This document shows, one piece after another, positions 1 to 12,517 of a DNA stretch of 64,000 nucleotides. Below the pieces are notes generated by a model. It did no database searches. It worked only from the letters and a program-made list of their open reading frames with translations, and was not told where the DNA came from. Source of the DNA: Octopus vulgaris. Taxonomy: Eukaryota. The position numbers were made by a program, and so were the translations under genes. The DNA lies in NCBI GenBank assembly GCA_951406725.2, contig OX597832.1, positions 56,358,001 through 56,422,000 of the forward strand, given 5' to 3'. Numbering within the stretch: the stretch's first letter is position 1; each line of letters opens with the position of its first letter.

Positions 1-960
1 TTAGATGCTAAAACTATAATTCTGAAAAAAATGATCTCTGAAATATCTGAAAGAAACAGTAGACAATCCTGTTTGACACCGTGGTAGACTGCACCCAGCA
101 AATCTTAAGTCTTTAGCATTCAGGTTACACATTGTTTTGAATCAATCATTCATTATCTTAAAGCTTCAAAACTCCAATGATGTGACAGCTTATTTTTAGA
201 ATGATATCATAACTAGGTGGAAGAGATCAGATCTGGCCCCTTTGAACATGAACAGGTAGAAGATCTGGGTCTGATATGGCTAGTTTAAATGCTAATGGGT
301 TAAAAGGACTAATTTCTTTTATTATTATTGGGGGACATATTTTCTAGAATAAAAGTCAATTTGGTTTTATTACTTTTATTACTTTTTCCGATCTAATAAT
401 CATGCCTCTATCTGTCAGTCAATTCAGTATAACATGGGTCTTTTAAGTACAAATCTTCTGAAATAGTTGCACCCAAACACTTCCATGTCCAACACAACAA
501 ACCAATAGGGCTGTTAATAGCATTGTTATTTCTATCTGAATTCAGTGGTACACAACCACAGAGATCAAATTTCAAATAGATAATGATTATTTATTTTTTG
601 AAATCATTATCTATTTGAATCTGGTGACACACACCCCAGTGGTTGATGTTGGAAAACAAATACTATCACAGCTAATGTGTCTGAGATGGGTTCAATATTA
701 AAGGTTGGGTAAGAGTTTGAATATAAATTTTCCAACTGAATTTCATATTACTACAATAGATAATAACCGCCTGCTACTATCAATTGGAACAAGTTCTAAT
801 ATGCTTCTCCAACCAATTTTTGTGATTCAACATCAACTAGTGGAAATATGAATTGGTAGTTTAAAGTATTCAAAATATGAAGGAACCACATTTAACGGAC
901 ATACAATCATTTAACAGACTGGCATCTTCGAGGCAAAGCAATAGCAAGAATTAATTAGAA

Positions 961-1445
961 GTAAAGATTGCTTGCCAACATAACATGGCAGTCCTGGTTT
1001 AGGATGAATGTTGCTGTAATCAGCCCCAGGAGACATCGTCTCCAGTTAGCTATATTATATGATCTGTGTCCTTATATTTTTTCGAACAAGGGAATCTAGC
1101 ACCTGCACTCAGGGCAAAACAATATCTGTGTATTGCAATTTTCAGGTTATTTCCTTTCATCAGTACAGAATAATTGTTTGGCTAGAGGTGGCACTGCCAA
1201 ATTCCTGTTCGAAATATATAGTTTTCAAAGTGACAACTAGTCACTGACCTATAAATTAAAAACTAGGACATAGATTGTGTCATATAATATAAGGACACAG
1301 ATCATGTCAAATAACCAGCTGGAGACGATGTCTCCTGGGGCTAAATTACAGCAACATTTGTCCTAAACCAGAACTGCCATGTTATGTTGGCAAACAATCT
1401 TTACTCCAAAATACTGTAGCTGAATATCTCTCATTGTGAGATTTA
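961..1445. mobile_element. Penelope-like fold-back remnant (arms ~961-1077 / ~1287-1405) with a hammerhead-like motif in the spacer
   Basis: The arms are reverse complements (gtaaagattgcttgccaacataacatggcag... / ...ctgccatgttatgttggcaaacaatctttac). The right part resembles 12630-12785. Confidence 0.6.
1125..1169 (-). ncRNA. Hammerhead ribozyme-like motif (type I, minimal)
   Basis: Minus strand reads tctgta-CTGATGA-a-agg-aaataa-cct-GAAA-attgcaat-a-cacaga. Stem III region is palindromic (ATTGCAAT); one stem I mismatch and one extra A. Confidence 0.55.
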
Positions 1446-1829
1446 CAAATAGTAATTTTCTAAGAATTAATTAGTTTTAAACGAGTTCCAACAGTGCCAG
1501 AACTTTTATTTAGTCCACCACCACTACTATGGCTCCAACAACACCATGATTTTTATTTACAGTCCATGGCCACAATTAGTATAATTTATCACCCGCCTGT
1601 TTCAGTTGTTGATCCATCAAACTAGAGAAGTAGATGACTTTTGAGAAGTTTTAGTTGACTAATGAGTACCCAAAACCTCCTTGGAATTAAGGTAAACTCA
1701 ATACTAATATACTCTTGAATATCCTAGCTGATATTATACAATTTTCCTTGGAGTGGTCCTTGCCTGGTAGTGCAAACATTCTCATTATTAATTTGTCCTA
1801 TACTTTCCTTTATAAAGCTACAAGTGGGT

Positions 1830-2490
1830 TGTTTTTTTGTTTTTTGTTGCTCAATTTGCTTAGTATTCTACATGTATGACATTTTCCAATTAATAAACAC
1901 ATATTTATAACCAGAAAATTGTGCTTTGGAAATTTCTTCCTTTTAGCAACTGGCATTTTTAAGTTCTACTTTCAGAAAAATACCAACTAATTTTTGTTGT
2001 ACGAAGCTTAGACAGGCATTGAGTGACATATTTCCAAACTGTACTTGTTTATCAAACATCCTTGATCTATGGACTGCCTGATCCATACCTTCAACAAGTC
2101 TCAGTTGTATTAATTCATGTTCATTACCCAGCTTAACTATGGTTTTTATAATATCAAACCCAATTATAAAAGCCAAGCAAAATTTTTAAAATGATCTCAC
2201 ATGACTCTTGACACAGACACATAAACCAGCTTCATTCAGGAATGACCAACTTTTATTTTAGGTCACACATTATTCCATATAATCTACTGTATTCTCTGAA
2301 ACCCAAATGAACTACAGACCTTATTGTCAACCTTCCATAAAAATAAATTAACCTTCTTCAGACCACCAAGGTCATCACTATCTTTCAATTTCTTTCTTCA
2401 AGGTGGGAACTACAAAACATTATAACCATGTCTTATCAGGATCAGTAAGCGCCAATCAGGTATCCTACTGGCAATGCCATTTGTTGAGGA
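1830..2490 (-). mobile_element. Highly decayed CR1/L2-like LINE RT C-terminal fragment
   Basis: Broken minus-strand frames give WSEE, VVHLGFR and KTIVK in the order expected for the CR1-type WSxxW...KCxVLHxG...LYKxLVRP region; many stops and frameshifts. Confidence 0.3.
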
Positions 2491-2715
2491 AATATTAATT
2501 GATAACAATTCTTTCTACCATAGGCACAAAGCTGAAATTTTAGGGAGGAGAGTTAGTCGATGACATCGACTCCAGTACTTCAAACTGCTGCGGGTTAAGG
2601 GACACTTTGACTACAGCTGTAGTCCTTCCAGTCTTCTTAGCCACCTGTTACATACTGTTCAGACACCTATATTGCTAGATACACAGCTCAGAGGAGGAGA
2701 TATCATTCATACTAA

Positions 2716-2747
<32 letters not shown>

Positions 2748-2757
<10 letters not shown>

Positions 2758-3375
2758 CAAAGGACATACTAGGTATGTCAACCTGCTTGAAATAACAGTC
2801 AAAACTCTTATTATTAAATCACCGAAAAATACACCGGTGAAAAACTACAGAAATCAAACGAAGGCAAAATCAGGTTAAGATAATCTACTAACATACATTT
2901 AAGTATTAGGACTCACGTGGATCGATTTCTGCATTGAAAAGACCTTAGCTTCTTCAGCACGTGTTACCATTATTCAGTTGCAACACAGACTTCGAAGCGA
3001 TGGGTTGGGAGTCTCTAATAATGGTAACACGTGCTGAAGAAGCTAAGGTCTTTACCAATGCAGAAATCGATCCATGTGAGTCCTAATACTTAAATGTATG
3101 TTAGTAGATTATCTTAACCTGATTTCGCCTTCGTTTGATTTCTGTAGTTTTTCACCAGTGTATTTTTCGGCGATTTAATAAGAGTTTTGACTGTTATTTC
3201 AAGCAGGTTGACATACCTAGTATGTCCTTTGATTAATTTTAATCCCTCAGCTATTTAATGCTATTTTTTGGCCTGCTATCGCCTGTGTCATTGATTCTGT
3301 TATTATCATTTTTAAAATTGTTATCTTGGATAATAATAGAATTAATGACACCTTCGTAAATTAATTTTTGGTGAA
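2748..3375. mobile_element. Penelope-like fold-back element in (TA)n; ~225-bp inverted arms 2748-2974 / 3017-3241 plus unique tail
   Basis: Near-perfect reverse complementarity of the arms. Each arm has cacgtg-CTGAAGA...GAAA-tcgatc-cayGTG (plus 3028-3078; minus 2914-2963) with palindromic ATCGAT; stem II is weak. Confidence 0.7.
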
Positions 3376-3385
3376 ATATATATAT

Positions 3386-3628
3386 ATCTATACAATAATA
3401 TGTTACATTACTAGATAGTCAAGATAAAACTGAGTTTCAGATGCCGAAGTGGAAATCCACAACACCATCTCTTCGGTTATCTGATGGTGTTGTGGATTTC
3501 CACTTCGGCATCTGAAACTCAGTTTTATCTTGACTATTGAATAATGTAACATATTATTGTATAGATAAATTTCCTCTATTTACATAATATTGAGGTCTCT
3601 TTCTTTCTTTTGTTATCTTACCGTTTTA

Positions 3629-3632
<4 letters not shown>
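3386..3632. mobile_element. Penelope-like fold-back element, second family (arms ~3386-3469 / 3483-3567); relatives at 39050-39325 and 47780-47865
   Basis: Inverted arms between (TA)n tracts. Minus strand reads gataa-ccgaaga-gatg...catc-t-GAAA-ctcagt-t-ttatc (hammerhead with U4C). The tail is shared with 39050-39125 and 47780-47865. Confidence 0.65.
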
Positions 3633-3670
<38 letters not shown>

Positions 3671-3699
3671 TATATTGCAACATAAGAAGCATTCAGTTC

Positions 3700-4465
3700 A
3701 CTCTGAGGGTGGTTGGTGTCAGGAAGAGCATCCAGCTATAAAAACCATGCCAAAACTGATAGTGAAGTCTGGTGGTCTTCTACCTACCCAGCTCCTGTCA
3801 AACTGTCCAACTCATGCCTGCATGGAAAACGGACACTAAATGATGATGATATGTAAAGATATATCATCCTTTTAACATCAACTTTTACATACTTGCATGA
3901 GTCAGATGGAATTTGTTGAGACAGATTTTCAAGAGAGATGCCCTCCCTGCTGCTAACCCTCATCTGTTTCCTAGTAAGGTAAGATCCCCCCACATTCCTA
4001 CGCAAGGCATGTATGAGACCTGTATGACAGTGACACTCGTTTACAATTACCATGAGATTTCAAGAAAAGGAGACAGAAAACTACACACGCAATTACATTA
4101 TGTGTATGTGTGATGGGCTTCTTTCAGTTTTCATCAAAGAAATCCTCTCACAAGGCTTTAGTTGATCTAGGGCTATAGCAGAATACACTTGCTCAAGGTG
4201 TCACATTGTGGGACCAAACCTAAAATCAGTAAACAAACTTCTTAACCACACAACCATAAAGTTATCTTGAATGAACAGCAAGTTCATAAATGACAGTGAA
4301 TACATCATCATCATCATCATCATTTAGTGTCCGTTTTCCATGCTAGCATGGGTTGGACGGTTTAATTGGGGTCTGTGAAGCCGGAAGGCTTCATCAGGCC
4401 CAGTCAGATTTGGCAGTGTTTCTACGGCTGGATGCCCTTCCTAACGCCAACCACTCCATGAGTGT
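3700..4465. mobile_element. RTE LINE 3' tails (3700-3850 plus; 4305-4465 minus) and a degenerate SINE A fragment (4110-4255 minus)
   Basis: ggttggygtyaggaagrgcatccagc...catggaaaacggac..aaatgatgatgat motif, matching the 3' end of the RTE at 18509-19335. Confidence 0.8.
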
Positions 4466-6365
4466 AATACATAAGATTTAAAATGTGAAGTTGTGATTTT
4501 AATAATTATGGAATCAATTCTGGAGCAATTTAAGCAACACATAAGCTAAACTTATAATTAGTCATGAAAAGGATGTTTTTTTTTGGGGGGGGGGGGTAAC
4601 AGAGTAGTCCCTATATGGAATATAACCATGAGAAATATTTTGCTAAGTGTTTTCTGCAAGAGTTCAAATAATTTTAGGAATTTTCCCCATCTATGTCTTT
4701 CCTTCTGATACAAGTCTAATAATAATATTTGATGTAAATCAAGATGGTTACCATCTGAATACATAACAACACTTCATAAATACAATTAAAAAAATAATAA
4801 TAATATTGTGAGGTTAGATCTGGACATGCAGAGGGCTTTAGAAAAATGAGATGGCAAATCCAAGCTACCACGAGGGAGGGCGGTGGTGGTGGTGGTGTGG
4901 TGTGGTCTAGTGGCCTGGTGTTTCAGTTAAGCAACATTTTAATGCAGCTCAGTATTTTTTTTTTTTTAAAAGGCATGAACATCATAACGTCATTCTTTCC
5001 TTTGCTTTTAAATGTATATTTTCGCAGCAACGTAAAGAAATCACTAATATTCGAAGATTTCAGTGGGTGACAATTTCAAGTGGAATAAGGGGAATCGTGA
5101 GTTCGATTGTCACTGTTTCCTAAAAATTTATAATCACTGTCATAAGAAGAGATAAATGATAATAATTGTATTATCATCCATTGTATGAGCGTGTTTCGTC
5201 AATTTGTTTAAAAATATAAACATGGATGAATATATTTTCTTCTATCTAATTAAACATTCCACAGATCAGGTGATCAATAATTCTTGATCAGATATACACA
5301 TGATAAAACCCAATGGAGAGAGGGAGAGAGAGATTTATTCTATCCAGCCAAGTTAGCCCTTTCTAAGAACAGGGGCACGAAAATCAAGTTACGGAAGGCC
5401 GTAAAGTGAAACTCTAGGTAAAATATTAAATATTTACTGTAAGGCATTAGAATTTTTTCTTCTTTTTTTGCATACAATTTCAACATAACAGTAATACTTC
5501 CAACCACGTTACGACCCGTATGTATAGCTAAGGGTAGGTACGTACATGAATTCAAACATAACAGTATCAGTTTAATAAAAAATAAATCAATAAGAGGGAT
5601 ATCGTTAGTGGTAAGCCAACCTTAATCGCGCAGACCTATATTGATGAGAGACGTTCCACCAATATCAAGACTGCGTCATCTATGTTGTTCTCTTCAGGAA
5701 GTACGCTGTGATTTAGCTGCTGTTTCTAGCTGGTCAAGCACCTACTCTTCAGTTTTGTTGACGAAAACTTAAATCAAAACACTTGCTAAATGTAGAAAGT
5801 TTAATGTTTCCGACAAATCATTTCAACAAAACAAGTTTTAAAAGACATATTATACACAACCCATTTCGAGGGTGTAACTTCCTACTTTGAACAAAAATTG
5901 CTTTTTCTCTGGATAAATCTTAAAAACTTGGTTCAATATTTACAAGCACAACAGGAACAAGACAAAATTCAACTAATATCAGTATCTGGTTAGAGCTAGG
6001 TCAACCCTCATCCAGCAGATTTTACTTGCTGTTTTAGCTCCAGGTTAGCCCTCAACGAACAGATAGATCTATGGGCAAAGGTATCCTAACCATGACAGTC
6101 TCGCATTTCACCACCGATAAACCATATAATCCAACGTGTCCTTTTATCTAAAATGGTAGAAGTTTTGTGATATAAACGAAAACACTTCTGTTAAAATGCT
6201 ACATAACATGGGAGGTTTAAACCAACCAACAAGTTTATTTTTAAATAAAATTCAAACAGTATAAACTCGTTTTAGGAAGCTTAAGTTATAATATATCAAT
6301 ATTCTTCCATTTCGTTGACTACAGCAATGCACTTGAAAACTGCATTATCTCTTAATTTCCATATA

Positions 6366-6409
<44 letters not shown>

Positions 6410-7086
6410 CTATATATAACGCCTACTTTAGTCAACAGGAAACGAAGGCACTCCGCAATGTTAATCAGATAATTAACTCCATAACACTGAAATGTCACCG
6501 AATTTATGCTGCGAAATCTTCTCCACAATGGCACCAATAATAATCATTTCTGTCGTTGATAGAAGCCCGATGAGGGTGGCGAGAACAGTGGAGAAAACCA
6601 ACAGTATATATTACTGGTACTTATGTGACCGCCTCACGGAGGGATTGCTACAATAATAAACTATTTATTGTGGAAAGAACAAACGACAATGCTAATCGAC
6701 GACGTAAAACTAAATTTTAAATTAAATTGAACACACCCTGATTCTAAAAGAACATAAGCCACAGCTAAATCGATGTGACTTAGGCAACAGTCTCCAATTT
6801 GTTCATTTTTGTTTGTTTTTGCTTTTTTCAAATTCAAAGAAAGGGGTTGTCAGAATATGAAATGTGTGGGACAGGAAGCACAGAATAATTTATAAACAAA
6901 CAAATATATTTTGACTACAGTAAACAGATAAAAAATAAGTTCGCTATCTCTTGGGTCTGGTAATTACATAACATACAGGAGGGGGAGGAGGGGGAAGAGA
7001 AACAATTCACACACACACGTAAGTACGATTATGTGTATGTATATATATAAACATATATATACACACACGTCTGTGCATATATGTGC

Positions 7087-7133
<47 letters not shown>

Positions 7134-9693
7134 TATACACACACGTCTGTGCATATATGTGCGTATATATATATATATATATAAGTTTAAATACCTACAT
7201 ACAGGTATATATGTGTGTGTGTGTTTAAGTTTATATACATATTATGTGAAGAAATTCGCTATAATTATTGTACATTGGATGGAAACGAGATACGTGCTTT
7301 GTGTCATATAATTCATTTCCTATATACTACAACCCAAACTCTAAACTCAGGAAAAGAGGGCGGTCCTCTACGTGGTCACTAACCATACTAAAAACAGCAG
7401 CCAAAATTTCCCTGAAATCACACCCTGCAGACTTGGGTGGGTGGGGGAAAATCAAATTAGAGACGGATGATGTGGTCTTGGATGCAGCGTAAAGAAATGG
7501 TCATGGCTGGAACGTCTTTGATCTATCCGACCAAATGTGACCAAAACGACAGAAAAATATAGACGGAGATTGAATATAAATGCGATATACTTACGATGTA
7601 AATGGCTGTTCTTAGGTCAATAATAACACTAACAACTACTACTACTAATAATAATAATAATAATAATAGTCTACTATAGGCACAAGGCCTGAAATTTTGG
7701 GGGAGGGAGCGAGTCAATTTCAGCGACCCCAATACCTTTATCGACCCTCCGAAAGGATCAAAGGCAAAGTAGGACCTGGGCGGAATTTGAACTCAGATGG
7801 TAAAGTTGGGCAATTAAATGATATTGCAACTTTCTACGTCCTAAAACCAAAACAAACCAAAATCGAAAACGATGTGAACCGATTTCATCGTAAACTTAAC
7901 ATCAAACATAAGGAACAAAAGGTTTTTATGGTTGAGGTTTTTTGGGTCATAACATTTATGTAATGAACTTTTCTACGTACAAACAAAAACAGACGTTGTT
8001 TGATTTTATGGAGAAATTTGGGGATGGAAACAGCAAAGAATGGAACTGGATAGTTTTAGAGACAAACATAAATCTAAGATTACGATACATGTAAAGGTTA
8101 AAAAAAAAAAAGGGTTTTAAGTGTTTGGTTTGGGACACACCAACATAAATGTGTCGACTTTGTTTCCTCATTGCTTCTAGGAAAAATGTATATTTTTTAA
8201 AATGAAATCTTCTACAAATACACTTCAGATGCTGCAGATAATGATTATATCGGCATTTAATGTAATAATAATAAAAAAGAAAAGAAAACTCCAAGGGTGA
8301 GGTGGTGAGTTTCGGAAAATTCATACACGTCGACTTTATTGCCTCATATCTTTCAGAAAATGGGTATATATATTTTTTTTTCAATGAAATTTTCTACAGA
8401 TACTTTCTTAGTATCTAGAATACGATTATATCCAAATTTGATATGAAAAACAAAAAATTGGAGGGCTCGCACACACACTAGAACATCCCATTTTTTTCTT
8501 TTCTTTGAAGTTTCAAGTTTCATTTTGTAGATATCATATTTGTGATGTGTGCCAGTATGTATGCATAAAGCCTGCAATTCTTTTCCGTTTCTCATATTAA
8601 ATTCCGATATAATCATAATCCACACAATCTGAAAAGCATTTGTAGAAAATTTCATACAAAAAAATTAACAATTTTTCTGAAAGTTTTAAGAAAACAAAAC
8701 CGACATGGCAAAAAAAAATTTTTTTTTGTTTTTTCACCACAAATTCCAAGAAAATAGAAACCTGCAACCATCTGATGCGTATTTGTAGAAATTTTCATTA
8801 AAAAATAATATAAATTTTTCTCCAAGTTATGAGGCAATGAAATTGGAGAGGCACACGTGTAGGTGTGCCTGGTTTTGGCATGATCCATAACAATAATAAA
8901 AAATAAATATTTCAACTTCCTTCGTCCTAAAACCAAAAAATATGAAAGAAATTCTCCAGAAATTCAACAAGGAATATAGAATAAGCAGCAAAAGCTTCAA
9001 AGAATTCCAGAGTTTAACAGTTATATTTTGGCATCATAATATATATATATATATATATAGAGTTAGCTTTCTGGTGTACAATCAAAATAGAGACAAATAT
9101 TATATCAAGTGATATTTTGCTTCTATGGAGAAATGATGGGAGAAAGAAAACACAAACATAATAAAGAGGTGGGGATGGTTTTAGAGACAGACACGATTCG
9201 GGGGGAATGAAGGAATAAAAAGGAAACAAAGAAAAGGTTTCTGGGTGTTCGTTCGGTCATAATAAATGTTAGAACTTTCTATGTTCTTAAAGCCAAAACG
9301 ACATGAAGAAAATTCAACCATAAATTTAGCAAGCAACAACACATCAACAACGAGAGAAAGTTCGAGCTCCATAGCTGTGTTTTGGAATCACAAACACACA
9401 CACACGTATATATATATGTGTTGTATGTATTGCAGTAACCTTCCAACGTATAGCCAGAACATTGGAAAAGATATTTCAGTGAAATTATTTGCTGCTATGG
9501 AGAGATTTGGTGGAAGAGAAACGAAACACACAAACAAACAAACGGCAGATAATGGAGGTGGGTAGAGACAAGACAGACAGACAGACACATAAACATCGGA
9601 TTCGCGATACGCGTAGACGTGGACGGAAAACGGGGGGTGAAATAAACACAGTGCAAAGGTTTAGAACCGCAAAAATCAGAATGGCAAACTTAC

Positions 9694-9850
9694 TGGAATG
9701 TAACTGTAATTTCGAAGCAATAATTATTATCAAAGACGGTTGTTGTTGTTTTAAAGTCTACAATAATGATAGAGATAACAATAAAACGATAACATTGTGA
9801 AAGCACAACATGGCCGATTCTAATCACGTGGTCCCGGTCACATGACAGTC
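9694..9850 (-). promoter_or_regulatory. Candidate promoter and non-coding first exon
   Basis: YY1-like caacatggccg (9806-9816), E-box cacgtg (9825-9830) and gtcacatgac (9837-9846). Minus-strand donor cca|gtaagt at 9693-9688. Unique, CpG-retaining surroundings. Confidence 0.45.
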
Positions 9851-10139
9851 ATTCTGCCACTGCACATCAACCGTCCCCCCTCCCTCACTCGTTCTCCTCA
9901 TCATCATCTCTCTGCTTTTCGTCCTCTTTCTCTTCATCAAGCGAAGAAGAAAACCTCTACGTCAGTGATGGGCAAACCTATCTCCTTACTACCCACAAGG
10001 GGGCTAAACATAGAGGGGGCAAACACGGACAAACGGATTAAGTCGATTATATCGACCCCAGTGCGTAACTGGTACTTATTTAATCGACCCCCGAAAGGAT
10101 GAAAGGCAAAGTCAATTTGAACTCGGAACGTAACGTCAA

Positions 10140-10528
10140 TAGTGGGCAACCTGCGGCCCACGGGGCCCACATGCGGGAAGCTCGTGAGACTTTCTGTGTG
10201 GCACGCCTAACGAAAAAAAAATTATCATCTATTTTGTTCTTTAATAATATGCATGCAACTCTCCTTAGGATGAGCTATGTCTCATGCAGCCTGCTTCTCG
10301 TCCAAAAAGGTTGTCCAGGCCTGCTCTTAGAATGTGGTTGAAATAACAGTCAAATCACCATTAAAATCACACTCCACCCTTGTGTCAGTGGCGTTGCGTG
10401 GAGTATGGAAAGCGTACAGAGCGGCCACTGCGTATATATGTGTTTGATGCAATGGAAGATACGTTTAAAGTTAAGGGTCAACCAATTTGACTACTGCAGA
10501 GGGCGAACAAAACCTACACTACACCAGT
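10140..10528. mobile_element. Two small hAT-like MITE remnants (~10140-10325; ~10386-10528)
   Basis: gggcaacctgcggccc...aaaaggttgtccaggcctg ends and cagtggcgttgc...ctacaccagtg ends. Confidence 0.5.
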
Positions 10529-11455
10529 GACTCTTTTATCTAAAAAAAAAAAAAAAAAACATGTTTCCAGTATTGATGAAGTGGCCACGGCTGGAATGCC
10601 TTAATTTCAGTCTGATCGATCAGGGCTAACTTGGAGCTTATAACAACCATGAAGGCCTCTACGTGGTCCGTCTACCTGTTCGTTCTAGCTGTTAGAAATA
10701 GCAATCAAATCGCCCTCAAATCACATGCTACTATCAAATATGAAAGGAAAGGATACACAGGATCTAACCTCCAGACTTCAGATCAACCCTGATCCAGTGA
10801 ACCTATTATCAAAAGGTGATCCAGCGGTAACCATCTTGACTTCTTGTTGGTCATAGTCTACCTACGACTACATTATTCAATGTATCCTTCCATATTTTAA
10901 GATAGTTGGGTGTTATCTTTAGTTGATCTCGTTGCCTTTTCAGTTGCTGCCTAACCTGGATCGGCTCTAATCGAGCAAACCTGTTGATACTCTAGCCACG
11001 ACCATCCTGCCTTTCTAATGTGAGGCATACTATATCGAGAGCTCATTATCCATTGTGTTTTTATTGTTTAAATCCACAATTTTTAAGATATTTGACTGTT
11101 ATTTCTAGCGCTTCAAGCAACAGGCAGACGTCACCAATGTTGGCTCGTGCGTATACGTTTGTCTATGTATCCTGTTATTTAGCCCCGAATCAACCCCCGA
11201 TCCTGTAAACCCATGTTCCAGCTGTGTTAATACCGTCTTTATTTTTCATACATAGCGCATTTAGAGCTGCATTATCAAATGTGTCCTTCCTGTCTTTTAA
11301 AGAGGGGACGACGGGAGTTGAACAAGATTTGGTTGCTAATTCTAGCAAATCGAACGACCACAAAGCGGCTCCCTTGTTGGCTCGTTGATATTTTGTTATA
11401 TAAAGTTTAGCTCTAGCTTAACATTTATCAAGCAGACCAACTGATCAAAATGTAG

Positions 11456-11612
11456 GTACTACTTAAATATAGAGGTCCCTTAACGGTACTACTTAATTAC
11501 AGAGGTCCCGACGCATCTACGTAACCCTAACCCTAAAATCTAAACCTAACGCGTGTGCACTGTAAAGGCATCGTTACATAGATGCATCAGGACCTCTATT
11601 TAAAGGGGTGCC
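11456..11612. mobile_element. MITE with long TIRs and internal (TAACCC) repeats
   Basis: agaggtcccgacgcatctacgtaac ... gttacatagatgcatcaggacctct inverted pair; the left end is duplicated. Confidence 0.55.
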
Positions 11613-11825
11613 AAAATGTATAAGGCTTTCATCCATGACCCTCCTGTAGTGGCTTCATGCAGGTATAGCATGGATTTGATCTGGCCTCTCAGGGCAACCC
11701 TACAAAATCATTCTAAAAATTAACAGTTACCTTATCAAAATCTCAAAGCTATGGGATAATGCATGATTAATTGAAAACAATGTCACTAAAGAAACATTAC
11801 TTTTTGACAGAATCATCATCATCAT

Positions 11826-12212
11826 GGCGCAGGAGTGGCTGTGTGGTAAGTAGCTTGCTTAGCAACCACATGGTTCCGGGTTCAGTCCCATTGCGTGGCA
11901 CCTTGGGCAAGTGTCTTCTACTATAGCCTTGGGCCGACCAAAGCCTTGTGAGTGGATTTGGTAGACGGAAACTGAAAGAAGCCCGTCGTATATATGTATA
12001 TATATGCGTGTGTGTGTCTGTTTGTCCCCCTAGCATTGCTTGACAACCGATGCTGGTATGTTTATGTCCCCGTTACCTAGCGGTTCAGCAAAAGAGACCG
12101 ATAGAATAAGTACTGGGTTTACAAAAGAATAAGTCCTGAGGTCGAGTTGCTCGATTAAAGGCAGTGCTCCAGCATGGCCACAGTCAAATGACTGAAACGA
12201 GTAAAGAGAGAG
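11826..12212 (+). mobile_element. tRNA-derived SINE family A (representative; about 25 full or partial copies in the window)
   Basis: A-box-like tggctgtgtggtaag, B-box gggttcagtccc, internal (TA)/(TG) tract, tail ...gactgaaacaagtaaaagag. Other copies: 13686-14108(-), 17945-18103(-), 22169-22560, 23112-23520, 24800-24888(-), 29509-29918(-), 32510-33190, 33277-33668, 34467-34855, 37155-37577(-), 38581-39000(-), 41790-41970, 43154-43563, 46308-46718(-), 47275-47688(-), 48371-48545, 49490-49868(-), 52175-52580, 53735-53940(-), 56906-57010, 58825-59150, 62840-63210. Confidence 0.92.
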
Positions 12213-12517
12213 TATCATCATCACAATTTAATGTCCGTTGTCCATGCTGGCATGGGTTGGACAGTTTGACCGGGACTGGGAAGTTGGAAGGCTGCACTAG
12301 ATTCCAGTCCGATTTGGCATGGTTTCTACAGCTGGTTGCGCTTCTTAATGCCAAACCACTCCGAGTGCTATTGGGTTAACCGAAAGAAGGACAGTTTATT
12401 TCAGTAGAATTACGGTAACAAAACGGTTGAAGTGACCTAAATTAAAAACTTCTGTCAACATTTCATGTTACTTTGTTCCAAACACCAGCTTTAATAATGA
12501 AGAATTTATTTTATTAA

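Larger units (their letters stand above)
5605..11450. repeat. Old degenerate repeat family D: copies ~5605-5740, 5990-6150, 7360-7530(-), 10570-10760(-), and a tandem run 10765-11450
   Basis: Recurring unit resembling ttagccccaggtcarccctgatcnagcagacctatgatcaaagg..ttccagccrtgaccatc ... gatttggctgctatttctagc. Confidence 0.55.

Noticed and set aside
1-57. Minus-strand exon at the window edge (tttctttcag acceptor)
   Set aside because: Too little sequence is visible, and several alternative AG sites are present.
570-619. 18-bp-arm hairpin as a pre-miRNA or terminator
   Set aside because: Short and AT-rich, probably the centre of a decayed fold-back; no further support.
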